From positions 3,103 to 67,102 of the forward strand of contig PLYL01000008.1 of NCBI GenBank assembly GCA_003151795.1: a DNA stretch of 64,000 nucleotides, in the 5' to 3' direction. The stretch comes from Candidatus Yanofskybacteria bacterium (GTDB lineage Bacteria > Patescibacteriota > Minisyncoccia > 2-02-FULL-40-12 > GWA2-44-9). Position numbers and translations under genes: made by a program. The notes beneath the pieces were generated by a model that was not told the DNA's origin, did not search any database, and saw only the letters and a program-made list of their open reading frames with translations. Below, one piece after another: positions 27,253-37,255 of this stretch; the stretch's first letter is position 1; every line of letters begins with the position of its first letter.

Positions 27253-28965
27253 GAGGCTGATTTCTTCTTTCAGTTGAGCGACGGCAGTGTCTATGAGCAT
27301 GGTGCCCATGTCGCCTTGACCGTGTTTGCGGACGGCGACGGTTTGCGCGTCGACTTCTTTGTCTCCGATCACGAACAGATAGGGGATTTTTTGGGTCTCG
27401 GCGTTGCGGATTTTTTTGCCGAGGGTTTCGTTTTCGTTATGAAGCTCAACCCGGACGCCGGCATGTTTTAATTTGTGCACGACGGCTTCGGCCCAGGCTT
27501 GTTGCTTTTCGGTTATAGTAATGACGGCGACTTGGACTGGCGAAAGCCAGAGCGGAAACGCACCGGCGTAGTGTTCAATAATAATTCCAAGGAATCTCTC
27601 AAGCGAGCCATACACTACGCGATGGACAACTACTGGCGTTTTTTTATTTCCGTCTCGGTCGGTGTAATAGAGTTCAAAGCGTTTCGGTAACTGGAAGTCA
27701 AGCTGAATAGTGCCCATCTGCCATTCACGGCCAAGACAGTCCTTCATTAAGATATCTATTTTTGGCCCATAAAAGGCGGCGTCGCCTTCTGCCACGATGT
27801 ATTCTTTGCCGGATTTTTTAAGAATCTCCCTAAGTTTTTCTTCAGCTTTATCCCAAGTCGCTTTCTCTCCTAAAAATTTTTCCGGCCTCGTTCCCAGGCG
27901 GAAAGAGTATTCAAGATTGAATATGCCATAAAACTTTTTACAGATTTCAAAAATATGTTCGTATTCATCTCCGATCATTTCTTCGGAGATAAAGTTATGA
28001 GAATCGTCTTGTTGGAATGAGCGGACTCGTAAGAGGCCATTAAGCGTCCCGCTTCGTTCATAGCGATGCAAACGATCGGTATCGGACAGCCGGATCGGAA
28101 GATCTTTGTAGCTCACTTGCATGGATTTGAAGACCACCATCGCATTCGGACAATTCATCGGTTTGATGCCGTAAATTTCGTTTTCTCCCATATCCGCGAT
28201 AAACATATCGTCTTTATAATGTTCCCAATGGCCGGAAATTTTCCAAAGTTCCGCCTTATTCACAAGCGGACTCGCTATTTCTTGATATCCGAGGGCACTA
28301 TGTTCAACTCGCCAGTAATTAACGAGTTCGTTGTAAATGATAAGTCCTTTCGGTAACCAGTAGGGCATGCCGGGTGAAGTTTCATGAAACATAAAAAGGC
28401 CGAGCTGGGGTCCGAGTTTCTTGTGGTCGCGCTTCCTTGCTTCTTCGAGGAGTATTAAATGTTTCTGCAGTTCGTCTTTGGTCGCGAAGGCTAGGCCGTA
28501 AATGCGGGTGAGCTGGGGATTCTTTTCATCACCGCGCCAGTAGGCGCCGGCGAGACGCGAGAGTTTGAAGGCTTTGGGATTGAGGTCTTTGATATTCTCG
28601 ACATGACCGCCTCGGCAGAGGTCGGTGAAATTTCCCGAAGTATAGAGAGTTATTGTTTCACCTTTTTTAACCAGTTCATCAATTAATTCTTCTTTGTAAG
28701 GGTTACTGGCGAATTGTTGCTTGGCTTCATCGGCGGAAACTTCTCGGCCTTCAAAACCTTGCCATGTTTTTAAAATCTCGCGCATCTTGTCTTCAATTTT
28801 CGGGAGGTCGGTGTCCGAAACTTTTTCCGGAATATCGATGTCGTAATAGAAACCATCGTCGATGGCCGGCCCGATGGCTAATTTAGAACCGGGATATAAA
28901 TCCAAAACCGCCGCCCCGAGCAAGTGGGCGAGAGAATGGCGGATATGTTCAATAGGGGAAGCCAT
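27244..28965 (-). CDS. thrS: threonyl-tRNA synthetase (no N-terminal TGS domain)
   Basis: HSLAHLL editing-domain motif, class II core, anticodon-binding domain. Confidence 0.9.
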   Translation of the reverse strand: MASPIEHIRHSLAHLLGAAVLDLYPGSKLAIGPAIDDGFYYDIDIPEKVSDTDLPKIEDKMREILKTWQGFEGREVSADEAKQQFASNPYKEELIDELVKKGETITLYTSGNFTDLCRGGHVENIKDLNPKAFKLSRLAGAYWRGDEKNPQLTRIYGLAFATKDELQKHLILLEEARKRDHKKLGPQLGLFMFHETSPGMPYWLPKGLIIYNELVNYWRVEHSALGYQEIASPLVNKAELWKISGHWEHYKDDMFIADMGENEIYGIKPMNCPNAMVVFKSMQVSYKDLPIRLSDTDRLHRYERSGTLNGLLRVRSFQQDDSHNFISEEMIGDEYEHIFEICKKFYGIFNLEYSFRLGTRPEKFLGEKATWDKAEEKLREILKKSGKEYIVAEGDAAFYGPKIDILMKDCLGREWQMGTIQLDFQLPKRFELYYTDRDGNKKTPVVVHRVVYGSLERFLGIIIEHYAGAFPLWLSPVQVAVITITEKQQAWAEAVVHKLKHAGVRVELHNENETLGKKIRNAETQKIPYLFVIGDKEVDAQTVAVRKHGQGDMGTMLIDTAVAQLKEEISLKK

Positions 28966-28967
28966 TA

Positions 28968-29030
28968 GTAATTAGCGATTAGGACTTAGTCAATAAAGAA
29001 TAACAAATAAATTCAGTAAGTTAAAGAGCT
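28968..29030. repeat. intergenic copy of AGGACTTAG/AAGAAT-type dispersed repeat
   Basis: attaggacttag… shares core with 34483..34546. Confidence 0.35.
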
Positions 29031-29037
29031 TGATTTA

Positions 29038-29358
29038 GTGTTTAGATTATTGTATTATATAGACGAGGAGATTGCTATGAGTGGAGACTTCTATCTTGGC
29101 CCAGATTTCCGGGTTTTGGGGGAGGGTGCAGGAATGACAGACCGGCGAGCATCAAAGAAAAGATGGAACGAGGGGAAGATTCCTGGTCAATTGGGACAGG
29201 AACTCTCGAAAGAGGAACTGGCGGAGATTGATGCCCGGTTTGAAGGACTTTCACCGGTCCAGACACTTATCAAGCGAGCCGAAAAATGTGATCCGGAGGC
29301 AGTCAAACTCCTTCGTGAGCACCACGAACGGCGCGGGAGGAATGAACGTGCCGACTAG
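29038..29358 (+). CDS. hypothetical protein (GC-rich)
   Basis: 106-aa ORF followed by terminator. Confidence 0.45.
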   Translation: MFRLLYYIDEEIAMSGDFYLGPDFRVLGEGAGMTDRRASKKRWNEGKIPGQLGQELSKEELAEIDARFEGLSPVQTLIKRAEKCDPEAVKLLREHHERRGRNERAD

Positions 29359-29408
29359 CTCGGCGATGAAGGAGCAAAGCTCCGCGTCGCCGAGCTCCTT
29401 TGTTTTTA
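29357..29408 (+). terminator. rho-independent terminator
   Basis: agctcggcga/tcgccgagct stem, then cctttgttttta. Confidence 0.65.
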
Positions 29409-29411
29409 TGC

Positions 29412-29492
29412 GGTCAGCCGGGTAGTAGAAGTTGCTGTTGCAGCTTCGCTGCTCGGAAATGCAGCAACTTTCACTACCCGGTCAGCATCGCG
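29412..29492. repeat. long imperfect inverted repeat (~25-bp arms) overlapping dnaE stop codon
   Basis: gtcagccgggtagtagaagttgctg … cagcaactttcactacccggtcagc. Confidence 0.5.
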
Positions 29493-32400
29493 ATTGATTT
29501 CACATCATCACAGAGGAGCTTGAGGGCGCCGTCGCGGTCATTGATTTTGCCGGTGGTGACGACGATAGCATTTTCTTTAAACATTTCGGGATATTTTTCA
29601 TAGACATTCGGGAAGACGACGACTTCGATTTTTGAAGTGAGATCTTCAACCCAGGCGAACATCATCGGCCGGCCGGTTTTGGTAATTATTTTTTGAACTT
29701 TGGTCACAATTCCGCCGATTTTGATTTGGCTCGTGCTGTTTGGTTTCACGTCTTTGATGGCGACAGTCTTTTCTAATTTCATGGTTGGTGCGTATTCGTG
29801 GAGGGGATGGGCGGAAACAAAGAGGCCGAGCAGTTCTTTTTCCCACATTAATTTTTCGGAGTTGCGGGCGGGCGTGGTGGCATTGAGCCGAAAGGCCGGC
29901 AGAGCAATAGGGTCGTTGCCAAACAAACTGGCTTGGCCCATGCTAGTGCTTTTTTGTTTGTCGTGGGCGAAGGAAAGAAGGTTTTCCAGATTAAGCAATA
30001 ACATGTTCCGTTCGCCGAAAGAATCCAGCGCTCCGCATTTGATGAGGGCCTCGAGCGATTTTTTGTTGAGGTCTTTATTGTGCACTCGCGATACAAAATT
30101 TTCGATGTCGGTATAGGGGCCATTGGCTGTTCGTTCGGCGATAATCGCCTCGGCGATATTTTCGCCGAGATTTTTAATGGTCAAAAGCCCAAATCGGATT
30201 TGATCCCTTTGTTCCTTGTTCATTGTTCCCTGTTCACTGGCTTTAATGACCGTAAAATCTTTAAAAGAGGTGTTAATTTCCGGCGGTAAAACCGGAATTT
30301 TCATGCGCTGGCATTCTTCAATCACTTGAGCGACTCTCTCCGTGTCGCCCGATTCGGCCGTGAGAATGGCGCACATATATTCCGCGGAATAGTTAGCCTT
30401 CATGTACGCGGTCTGGTAGGCGACTCGGCCGTAGCAGGCGGCGTGGGCTTTATTGAAGCCATAGCCCTGGAACGGTTCGAATAAATTCCAGATTCCTTCG
30501 GCTTGTTCGGTCGTCATACCGCTATGGGTTTTACAACCTTCAACGAAAATAACATGCTGTTTGGCCATCTCGGCCGGAATTTTTTTGCCCACCGCTTTTC
30601 TAAATTTGTCGACGGATTCCCAATTGTAGCCGGCCAATTCCATGGCCGTGAACAGCAGGTCATCCTGATAGACCAAGACGCCGTAGGATTTTTCCAGCCA
30701 TTGTTTAGCTTTAGGGTGAAAATAAATAGTCGGACTCCGGCCTTGTTTGCGGGCGATGTACTCCGAGATGTTATTAATCGGACCGGGCCGATACAGCGCG
30801 ACCATGAGATTAATATCATGAATAGTGGTGGGTTTGAGTTCCATGAGATACTTAGTCATACCCGAGGAACCGCCCAGCTGGAAAACTCCTTCGGTATAGC
30901 CGTTGGCGAGCATGGTGAAGGTTTTTTTGTCGTCGAAAGGAATTTTTTCAATATCAATAGTGATGCCTTGGTGTTCTTTAACCAAGCGGACGGCGTTTTC
31001 TAAGATGGCCAAGTTGCGGATGCCCAAGACGTCGAGCTTAAGGAGGCCGACGCCGTCTTCGCCGACCGTGTACATGTCGTATTGCGTGATAAGGTTGTTG
31101 CCTTCTTTAGGATCGAACTGAATCGGCACGTATTCGATGAGCGGTCTGGGCGAAATAACGAGACCGGCGGCGTGGACCGAGACATGGCGGACCGTGCCTT
31201 CAAGCTTTTTGGCGATGTCCATAATCTGCCGAGTTTCCAAATCCCGTTCGTAGAGATTTTTTAATTCCGGTTCAAGTTCCAGCGCTCGTTCGATGGTCAT
31301 GGGGAATCCTTGAGAACCCATGGGGATGAGTTTGGCGAGCCGGTCGCCGACTTCGTAGGACTTGCCGGTGGCGCGAGCGACGTCCCGTACCGAACCGCGG
31401 GCGAGCATGGTGCCGAAGGTGCCGATTTGAGCGACTTTATCGGCGCCGTATTTCTTTTTGGCGTACTCCACGATTTCTTGACGGCGGTTATCGGCAAAAT
31501 CCATATCAATATCCGGCGCCGACGGGCGAAAAGGATTCAAAAATCTTTCAAACGGCAGCTGGAATTCAATAGGATTGACGCTAGTGATGCCGGAAAGATA
31601 GGCGACCAGGGAACCGGCGGCGGAACCGCGGACCGTGGTATAGATATTTGATTCGTGGGCAAAGCGAAGCAGGTCGGCGACGACCAAAAAATAGGGCGCG
31701 TAATTTTTGTTTTTGATAATCTCCAGTTCGTATTGGCGGCGGGTTTCGATTTCGGGGTTATTTTCTAATTCGCGTTCGACGGCCCCTTTTTTGGTCAGCT
31801 CGTCCAACATCTGATCGGATGTTTTGCCTGGTTCGAGTTCAAAATTAGGGAAGATGAATTTACCGAGGGTCAGTTCGATGTTGCAGCGGTCGGCGATTTT
31901 TTGCGTGTTCGCGACGGCTTCGGGAGTTTCCTTGAATCGTTCGACCGCTTCTTCGGTGGAAAGAAAATGATACTCGCCTTGGCCGGAAAATATCGCCGGA
32001 TCGCTGACGTCGGTGTGTGTGGAGATGGCGACCAAAGTTTTATGGGCGACCGCATCGTCTTTGCGGAGGTAGTGGGAGTCTTGCGTCGCGACGAGGGGAA
32101 TATTGTGTTTGCGGGCTAGCTCGAGAATCGCACTTTTCCATTCCGGGAACCATTCCATATCAGGATGGTGCATGATTTCCATATAATAGTTTTCGGGACC
32201 GAAGATGGCCTGGTATTCCAGAACAATTGCTTCCGCTTTTTCTTTGTCGCCGTGCTGAATGGCTCGGCCTAACTCACTGCCGGGACAGCCCGAAAGACAA
32301 ATCAAGCCTTCAGCGTGCTGGCGGAGCAAGTCTTTATCGACACGCGGTTTGTAATAGAAGCCCTCGAGGTGGGCCGAGGTGGTGAGCCTGATTAAGTTTT

Positions 32401-32695
32401 GGTAGCCCGTCAAATCTTTCGCCAGCAAAGTGAGATGATAGCGCTTATTGTCGATTTGAGGTTCCTTTTGCAGTCGGCTCCGGTTGGCGACGTAGGCCTC
32501 AACGCCGATGATGGGTTTGATGCCGTTCTTCTTGCAGGCGGTATAAAAATCAATCGCGCCGTACATCACGCCGTGGTCCGTCAGCGCGATAGCGGTCTGG
32601 CCGTGTTCCTTCGCCAGCTTCACCATTTGATCTATCTGCGACATCCCATCCAATAATGAATAATGGCTATGTGTATGTAAATGAACAAATTTCAT
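29474..32695 (-). CDS. dnaE: DNA polymerase III alpha subunit
   Basis: PHP domain MKFVHLHTHSHYSLLDG; polymerase core motifs. Confidence 0.95.
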   Translation of the reverse strand: MKFVHLHTHSHYSLLDGMSQIDQMVKLAKEHGQTAIALTDHGVMYGAIDFYTACKKNGIKPIIGVEAYVANRSRLQKEPQIDNKRYHLTLLAKDLTGYQNLIRLTTSAHLEGFYYKPRVDKDLLRQHAEGLICLSGCPGSELGRAIQHGDKEKAEAIVLEYQAIFGPENYYMEIMHHPDMEWFPEWKSAILELARKHNIPLVATQDSHYLRKDDAVAHKTLVAISTHTDVSDPAIFSGQGEYHFLSTEEAVERFKETPEAVANTQKIADRCNIELTLGKFIFPNFELEPGKTSDQMLDELTKKGAVERELENNPEIETRRQYELEIIKNKNYAPYFLVVADLLRFAHESNIYTTVRGSAAGSLVAYLSGITSVNPIEFQLPFERFLNPFRPSAPDIDMDFADNRRQEIVEYAKKKYGADKVAQIGTFGTMLARGSVRDVARATGKSYEVGDRLAKLIPMGSQGFPMTIERALELEPELKNLYERDLETRQIMDIAKKLEGTVRHVSVHAAGLVISPRPLIEYVPIQFDPKEGNNLITQYDMYTVGEDGVGLLKLDVLGIRNLAILENAVRLVKEHQGITIDIEKIPFDDKKTFTMLANGYTEGVFQLGGSSGMTKYLMELKPTTIHDINLMVALYRPGPINNISEYIARKQGRSPTIYFHPKAKQWLEKSYGVLVYQDDLLFTAMELAGYNWESVDKFRKAVGKKIPAEMAKQHVIFVEGCKTHSGMTTEQAEGIWNLFEPFQGYGFNKAHAACYGRVAYQTAYMKANYSAEYMCAILTAESGDTERVAQVIEECQRMKIPVLPPEINTSFKDFTVIKASEQGTMNKEQRDQIRFGLLTIKNLGENIAEAIIAERTANGPYTDIENFVSRVHNKDLNKKSLEALIKCGALDSFGERNMLLLNLENLLSFAHDKQKSTSMGQASLFGNDPIALPAFRLNATTPARNSEKLMWEKELLGLFVSAHPLHEYAPTMKLEKTVAIKDVKPNSTSQIKIGGIVTKVQKIITKTGRPMMFAWVEDLTSKIEVVVFPNVYEKYPEMFKENAIVVTTGKINDRDGALKLLCDDVKSIAMLTG

Positions 32696-33222
32696 ATATA
32701 AAGTACTTGCCCGCCAAAATTTTGCTTTGCAAAACTTAGGCGGGTGAAGAGATGAACGAAATTATTTGTCGGATTTGAATCCATAGAGGTTTAAGCGCGA
32801 TTCACAGGATCAACCTATGCACGCTCGGATAAGTACTTAGAGATTGTATTTCATTGGCAGAAAGAATCCAGGGGATAACTAAAAAATAAAAAACCGCTGA
32901 AAATTTGACCACCCTAAGTCTCAAAGTTGGAATCATAAGCACCAGACGGTACGTACTAGAAGTGTGACAGGTAGAAGTCTTGCTTCTTTGCTGACCCGCA
33001 GGAACTATGTGTTTCGGTCATACTTTTTTCAAAGCATTTTTATAATACCAAGAGGATACGCATTTCAGCCGATGCTGCATCAAGCAACATATCGGGCATT
33101 AGAGTGGCCAAATTTTTAGAGGTCTACTTTTATTATACTCTTAAAAATTTATCACGCAATTGTGGGTAGGAAAATTATACTTGATTTTTATTAGGTAATG
33201 ATTTATAATACTGACCAAGGGG

Positions 33223-33522
33223 GTGGAAATGGCCAAAAAAGCCAAGAAGAAGAAAGCACCAAAGAAGCTGAGCCAGCGGGAACTGGTGAACGAGTTGTTA
33301 TCCTTTGAGCATCTCGATGAGATCACTCTTGTTAGCAAGGATAGTCCGGCGAAGGAATGCGTGTTTGAGTATATTCGTCAGATTTCCAAACCAGAACGAG
33401 CGAGCGATGACATGGTCGCTAGAATCGTTTTTCATGGTTTGGCGCAACTTGAAGCAGAGGCGTGGCAGCTTCGACAAGATCTATATCGAAGTTGCTCTTC
33501 GAACGGTCATCCGGTCCTATAG
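33223..33522 (+). CDS. hypothetical protein with Lys-rich N-terminus
   Basis: ORF with ggggg SD-like upstream. Confidence 0.4.
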   Translation: MEMAKKAKKKKAPKKLSQRELVNELLSFEHLDEITLVSKDSPAKECVFEYIRQISKPERASDDMVARIVFHGLAQLEAEAWQLRQDLYRSCSSNGHPVL

Positions 33523-33532
33523 TCCATGTTCC

Positions 33533-33588
33533 GCACGCTCGTCAGGAAAGGCACGTTCGCTTTCCGAGGGCGTGCTTTTTAATTTTTA
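33533..33588 (+). terminator. terminator-like structured hairpin + T-tract
   Basis: gcacgc/gcgtgc stem with nested ggaaag/ctttcc, then tttttaattttt. Confidence 0.45.
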
Positions 33589-34098
33589 TAAATAAAACGC
33601 CGGAGGCTCGTCTGTGGCCTCCGGCTGTCGTCTGAACGTGCGGGATCGGAATTCTAGGCCGCGTTGGGTCGGCACTCCAGCGGGCCCTTGTGAATCTACC
33701 TGTTCGCTGTGGTTCTCTCCCGGCCCTGGCCTGTAGGCCAAGATGTGGAACCCCTTCTTGATGCTCGGGAGGTCTCGCTCAATGAGCGTAGCCTTCAGTT
33801 GCGGTTCAACGGCGGACCGGTCGGAGGTTCGGAACGCCGTCGCGGTGAGTCTCGAGTAGTCGATCTCCCGCTTGACGCTGATTCCGACCAGGTCGCCTTG
33901 AAGGTCTTTCGTGCTGACCAGACGCCCGTAATCTCCTGCAGTGCTAACTTTGCAGAAGGCGATGACTTCTTTGAAGTCGCCGTACACTCTCACCCTTCCA
34001 TCCTGGTCGACTTCCACAAGTACTGTCTGGCCGTGACTTCGCTCAATCTCAAACTTGCTCGACATGGTTACCCTCCAGTGAAATCCAATCAAGACCAT
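33586..34098 (-). CDS. hypothetical protein (GC-rich; likely real start at internal MSSKFEIE…)
   Basis: ORF in ~60% GC segment. Confidence 0.45.
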   Translation of the reverse strand: MVLIGFHWRVTMSSKFEIERSHGQTVLVEVDQDGRVRVYGDFKEVIAFCKVSTAGDYGRLVSTKDLQGDLVGISVKREIDYSRLTATAFRTSDRSAVEPQLKATLIERDLPSIKKGFHILAYRPGPGENHSEQVDSQGPAGVPTQRGLEFRSRTFRRQPEATDEPPAFYL

Positions 34099-34257
34099 GC
34101 TACTCCATCTATAAATTCTGTAAATACATAGATGGGTGATTTAATTTGCAAAAGAAATCTTTTTGTGGTATCATCTTCAAGTAGTTAATATTAGTTGTTG
34201 GCGATTGGATTTTAGAGATTTATCTAAGTTCTAATGGCTAATTACTGAATTCTATCC

Positions 34258-34482
34258 GTGGCAGTACCGAGACACCATATGGCCAAAGGGAAGCAGCTGC
34301 GCCGACGCAGTCATTTGGCGTTGAAGAGCGGCACCTTAACGAAATGCGCTCATTGCGCTAAAATGATTATGCCGCATCAGGTTTGCAAATTCTGCGGTTT
34401 CTACAAAGGCCGAGAAGTTGTAAATGTTCTCGGTAAGGAATTAAAGAAGCAGGAAAAGCGCACCGCACAGCGTACAAGATAG
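34258..34482 (+). CDS. rpmF: 50S ribosomal protein L32
   Basis: MAVP…RRRSH…C..C…C..C zinc-ribbon pattern. Confidence 0.75.
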   Translation: MAVPRHHMAKGKQLRRRSHLALKSGTLTKCAHCAKMIMPHQVCKFCGFYKGREVVNVLGKELKKQEKRTAQRTR

Positions 34483-34546
34483 AATTTAGGACTCAGGATT
34501 TAGGACTTAGATTTGACTAAGTTCTAACTTCTAAGTTCTAACTCCT
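34483..34546. repeat. intergenic inverted-repeat element (TAGGACT/TAGAACT units)
   Basis: left taggactcaggatttaggacttag vs right ctaagttctaacttctaagttctaa. Confidence 0.55.
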
Positions 34547-34552
34547 TTATAA

Positions 34553-35074
34553 GTGGCATCACGTCATCTCTCTCGCAGCGTCGCAATGCAGTCCCTCTAC
34601 GAATGGGATTTTAAGGGCAGTAAAAAAGAAGACCTCGCCGACATTGTCGGGCGCAATATCGAAGAATTCGCTTCCGGTGTTGACGACCCGACGTTTATCG
34701 TCCAGATTGTCCAGGGCGTCGTTAAAAATCTCGACAAGATAAATGCGATTATCGAAAAAGCGGCCCCGCAGTGGCCCTTGGCCCAGATTGCCATTGTTGA
34801 TCGCAATGTCTTACGGATTGGTTTGTACGAATTGCTTTTCGGTAGCCGAGATGAAGTGCCGCCCAAAGTGGCCATCAACGAAGCCATCGAATTGGCCAAA
34901 TCATTCGGCGGAGATTCGTCCGGCAAATTCGTAAATGGTGTATTGGGTACCGTCTATCGTGAAATCGGCGAACCGGGCAAAAACGACGTCGCAAAATCAC
35001 GCGACCCCGAAGACAGCGAGCCAATCGAGGGCGTGCCAGTTGATGATGAGCCAGTGGAAGCACAGGAGAAATAA
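34553..35074 (+). CDS. nusB: transcription antitermination factor NusB (with acidic C-terminal extension)
   Basis: NusB-fold sequence pattern. Confidence 0.8.
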   Translation: MASRHLSRSVAMQSLYEWDFKGSKKEDLADIVGRNIEEFASGVDDPTFIVQIVQGVVKNLDKINAIIEKAAPQWPLAQIAIVDRNVLRIGLYELLFGSRDEVPPKVAINEAIELAKSFGGDSSGKFVNGVLGTVYREIGEPGKNDVAKSRDPEDSEPIEGVPVDDEPVEAQEK

Positions 35075-35084
35075 TAATTTAATA

Positions 35085-35151
35085 GAATTAAGAGTTAAGA
35101 ATTACGAATTAAGATTTTCAATCTTACTTCTTAATTCTTACTTCGTACTTC
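35085..35151. repeat. intergenic inverted-repeat element (AAGAATTA units)
   Basis: gaattaagagttaagaattacgaattaaga … tcttacttcttaattcttacttcgtacttc. Confidence 0.6.
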
Positions 35152-35160
35152 TTTGTGAAT

Positions 35161-35850
35161 ATGGCAGAAAATTTATCTAAACTAGAATCCAGTATCGGAG
35201 TCATTTTTCGTGACAAAAATCTTTTATTGCAGGCGCTGACTCATCGTTCGTATATCAATGAAAATCCGAAGTGGCCTTTAGACCATAATGAACGCTTGGA
35301 ATTCCTGGGTGATGCCGTGCTGGAGCTGGTAGTGACGGAGCATCTTTATCGGACTTATCCCAATCCGGAGGGGGAATTAACCAATTGGCGTGCGGCGCTG
35401 GTGAATGCCGTGATGCTCGCCGATATTTCTAAGGTTTTTGATTTAAATGAATATATGCTGTTGTCGCGGGGCGAAGCTAAAGACACCGGCCGGGCTCGTC
35501 AATACATTCTCGCTAACGCGATGGAAGCCGTCATCGGCGCCATTTATCTCGACCAAGGTTACGAAAAATCAGCCGAGTTTATCCATACTTTTATTTTGAG
35601 CGAACTCCCGCGCATTATTAAAAACAATCTCTATCGCGACGCCAAAAGTTTATTCCAAGAAAAAGCCCAAGAGCAAGTCGGCGTGACCCCGAATTACGAA
35701 GTCATCCAAGAATGGGGTCCCGACCACGCCCGTCAATTTAAAGTCGGCGTCTATCTCGGCAAAGACCTCATCGCCGAAGGCGAAGGCCCCTCCAAACAAG
35801 AAGCCCAGCAAAAAGCGGCCGAAACTGCACTGAAAGCCAAGGGTTGGTAA
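35161..35850 (+). CDS. rnc: ribonuclease III
   Basis: ERLEFLGDAVLELVV catalytic motif, C-terminal dsRBD; ATG 35161 (track GTG 35155). Confidence 0.85.
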   Translation: MAENLSKLESSIGVIFRDKNLLLQALTHRSYINENPKWPLDHNERLEFLGDAVLELVVTEHLYRTYPNPEGELTNWRAALVNAVMLADISKVFDLNEYMLLSRGEAKDTGRARQYILANAMEAVIGAIYLDQGYEKSAEFIHTFILSELPRIIKNNLYRDAKSLFQEKAQEQVGVTPNYEVIQEWGPDHARQFKVGVYLGKDLIAEGEGPSKQEAQQKAAETALKAKGW

Positions 35851-35860
35851 TTTTATTTGA

Positions 35861-36865
35861 ATGATCTGGCTTCTGTTTCTTATTGCCTATATCATCGGCT
35901 CACTGTCTCCCGGTTATTTTTTTAGTCGTGTGGTGAAAGGAATTGATATCCGAAAGCATGGCGACTTCAATACCGGCGCGACCAATGTCTATCGCGTCGT
36001 CGGTCCCGGATATGGCGTGATGACGGCGTCTTTCGATTTTTTCAAACCCATACTGGTATATTGGCTGGCAATTCGATATTTCGGGATGGGCCCGACCTTG
36101 GCCATAGTGCCGGGCTTGTTTGTTGTGATCGGCCACGTCTGGCCGTTCTATTTGAATTTTCGCGGAGGGAAAGGCGCCGCTTCGCTCCTTGGACTTGCCA
36201 TCGCGGTCATAATTTCAGATCGGAATTGGGTCACGCTAGGGTTCGTCTCGGCCGCCGGGATCTATATGCTTTATCTGTCGCGACGGCTCCAAGGGCTCTG
36301 GTCAATCAGAAAAACCCTCAAGCTTGGGGCTCTCATCCTGCCGTTCGGGTTCATACAAATTTCGGCCAAAGCGTTCCTTGCCATCACCGGGGCATTGCTG
36401 GCCGCGGCCATGGTTTTTGACGTGGTCCGGTCCTTGTCCCCCAAGATCAATCGTTGGTATCTGGCCCGGGGCCAGTTCGCCAAACAAAAGGAGCGACGGC
36501 GCCTCTCCGGTTATACCTTGTTTCTCTTGAGCGCGTTCACACTGTTCTATCTATTCCCGAAAGACATCACTCTTGTCGCCATAACCTTCTTCATCATCGC
36601 CGATCTGGCCGGACCGATTGGCGGGCGATTGATGTTACATAAAGAGATCACGCACAGCAAAACATGGGGCGGGGCCATATTGATATTCATATTGTGCGTC
36701 ATCGCGGGCTACTTCATGACCAATTTGTCGCCGGTGGCCGTCAGTTGGCGGCTCATCGTGGTCGGATCGCTGTCAGTCTCGGTTCTCGATCAATTGTCGT
36801 TCTTGCTCGATGATAATTTGCTGGTGCCACTCGGCACAGCTACGCTGGCCTTGCTGTTCCGTTAG
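35861..36865 (+). CDS. PlsY-like glycerol-3-phosphate acyltransferase with ~130-aa extra C-terminal membrane domain
   Basis: GDFNTGATNVYRVVG (cf. GSGNxGATN) and PlsY TM layout. Confidence 0.6.
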   Translation: MIWLLFLIAYIIGSLSPGYFFSRVVKGIDIRKHGDFNTGATNVYRVVGPGYGVMTASFDFFKPILVYWLAIRYFGMGPTLAIVPGLFVVIGHVWPFYLNFRGGKGAASLLGLAIAVIISDRNWVTLGFVSAAGIYMLYLSRRLQGLWSIRKTLKLGALILPFGFIQISAKAFLAITGALLAAAMVFDVVRSLSPKINRWYLARGQFAKQKERRRLSGYTLFLLSAFTLFYLFPKDITLVAITFFIIADLAGPIGGRLMLHKEITHSKTWGGAILIFILCVIAGYFMTNLSPVAVSWRLIVVGSLSVSVLDQLSFLLDDNLLVPLGTATLALLFR

Positions 36866-36877
36866 GTTTTTTCTAGA

Positions 36878-37255
36878 ATGGCAGAGATACCCAGATTTCA
36901 AATGAAAGACTATATCCGAATCACGTTCTATGGGGTCGGTATTCTGATCATGCTGGCGCTCGTTCCATCGGTGACGAACGACTATCTGCTTACAGCTGTG
37001 TACGTTGCCTTTATCGCTCTTGCGCTGATATCCAAAAAAGAACGTGCGGATTACTTGTTTCTCGCTCTCGGATTTTTCGGGGTCATTCTTGGAGAATATT
37101 TTTTTGTGCGGACGGGCGTGGAGACTTTTAATCGCAACACGCTCTTCGGTATCATGCCATTATGGTTGCCGTTCCTCTGGGCATTTGTATTTTTATCAAT
37201 GAAACGAATCTTCTGGCTTCTCGTCAAAGACTACTGGCATATCCAACTGAAATAA
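36878..37255 (+). CDS. hypothetical membrane protein
   Basis: 125-aa ORF with 3-4 TM helices. Confidence 0.45.
   Translation: MAEIPRFQMKDYIRITFYGVGILIMLALVPSVTNDYLLTAVYVAFIALALISKKERADYLFLALGFFGVILGEYFFVRTGVETFNRNTLFGIMPLWLPFLWAFVFLSMKRIFWLLVKDYWHIQLK

Noticed and set aside
32696-33222. tmRNA, SRP RNA or 6S RNA in the long non-coding region
   Set aside because: None of the diagnostic strings (tmRNA tRNA-like 3' end with CCA, SRP AGGUCCGGAAGGAAGCAGC, RNase P P4) found by eye; left as unassigned rather than called.
33599-33625. Second hairpin (gccggaggc/gcctccggc) near 33586..34098 stop, considered as a terminator
   Set aside because: It lies inside the last codons of the minus-strand ORF and lacks a downstream T-tract on that strand; reported only the plus-strand terminator at 33533..33588.
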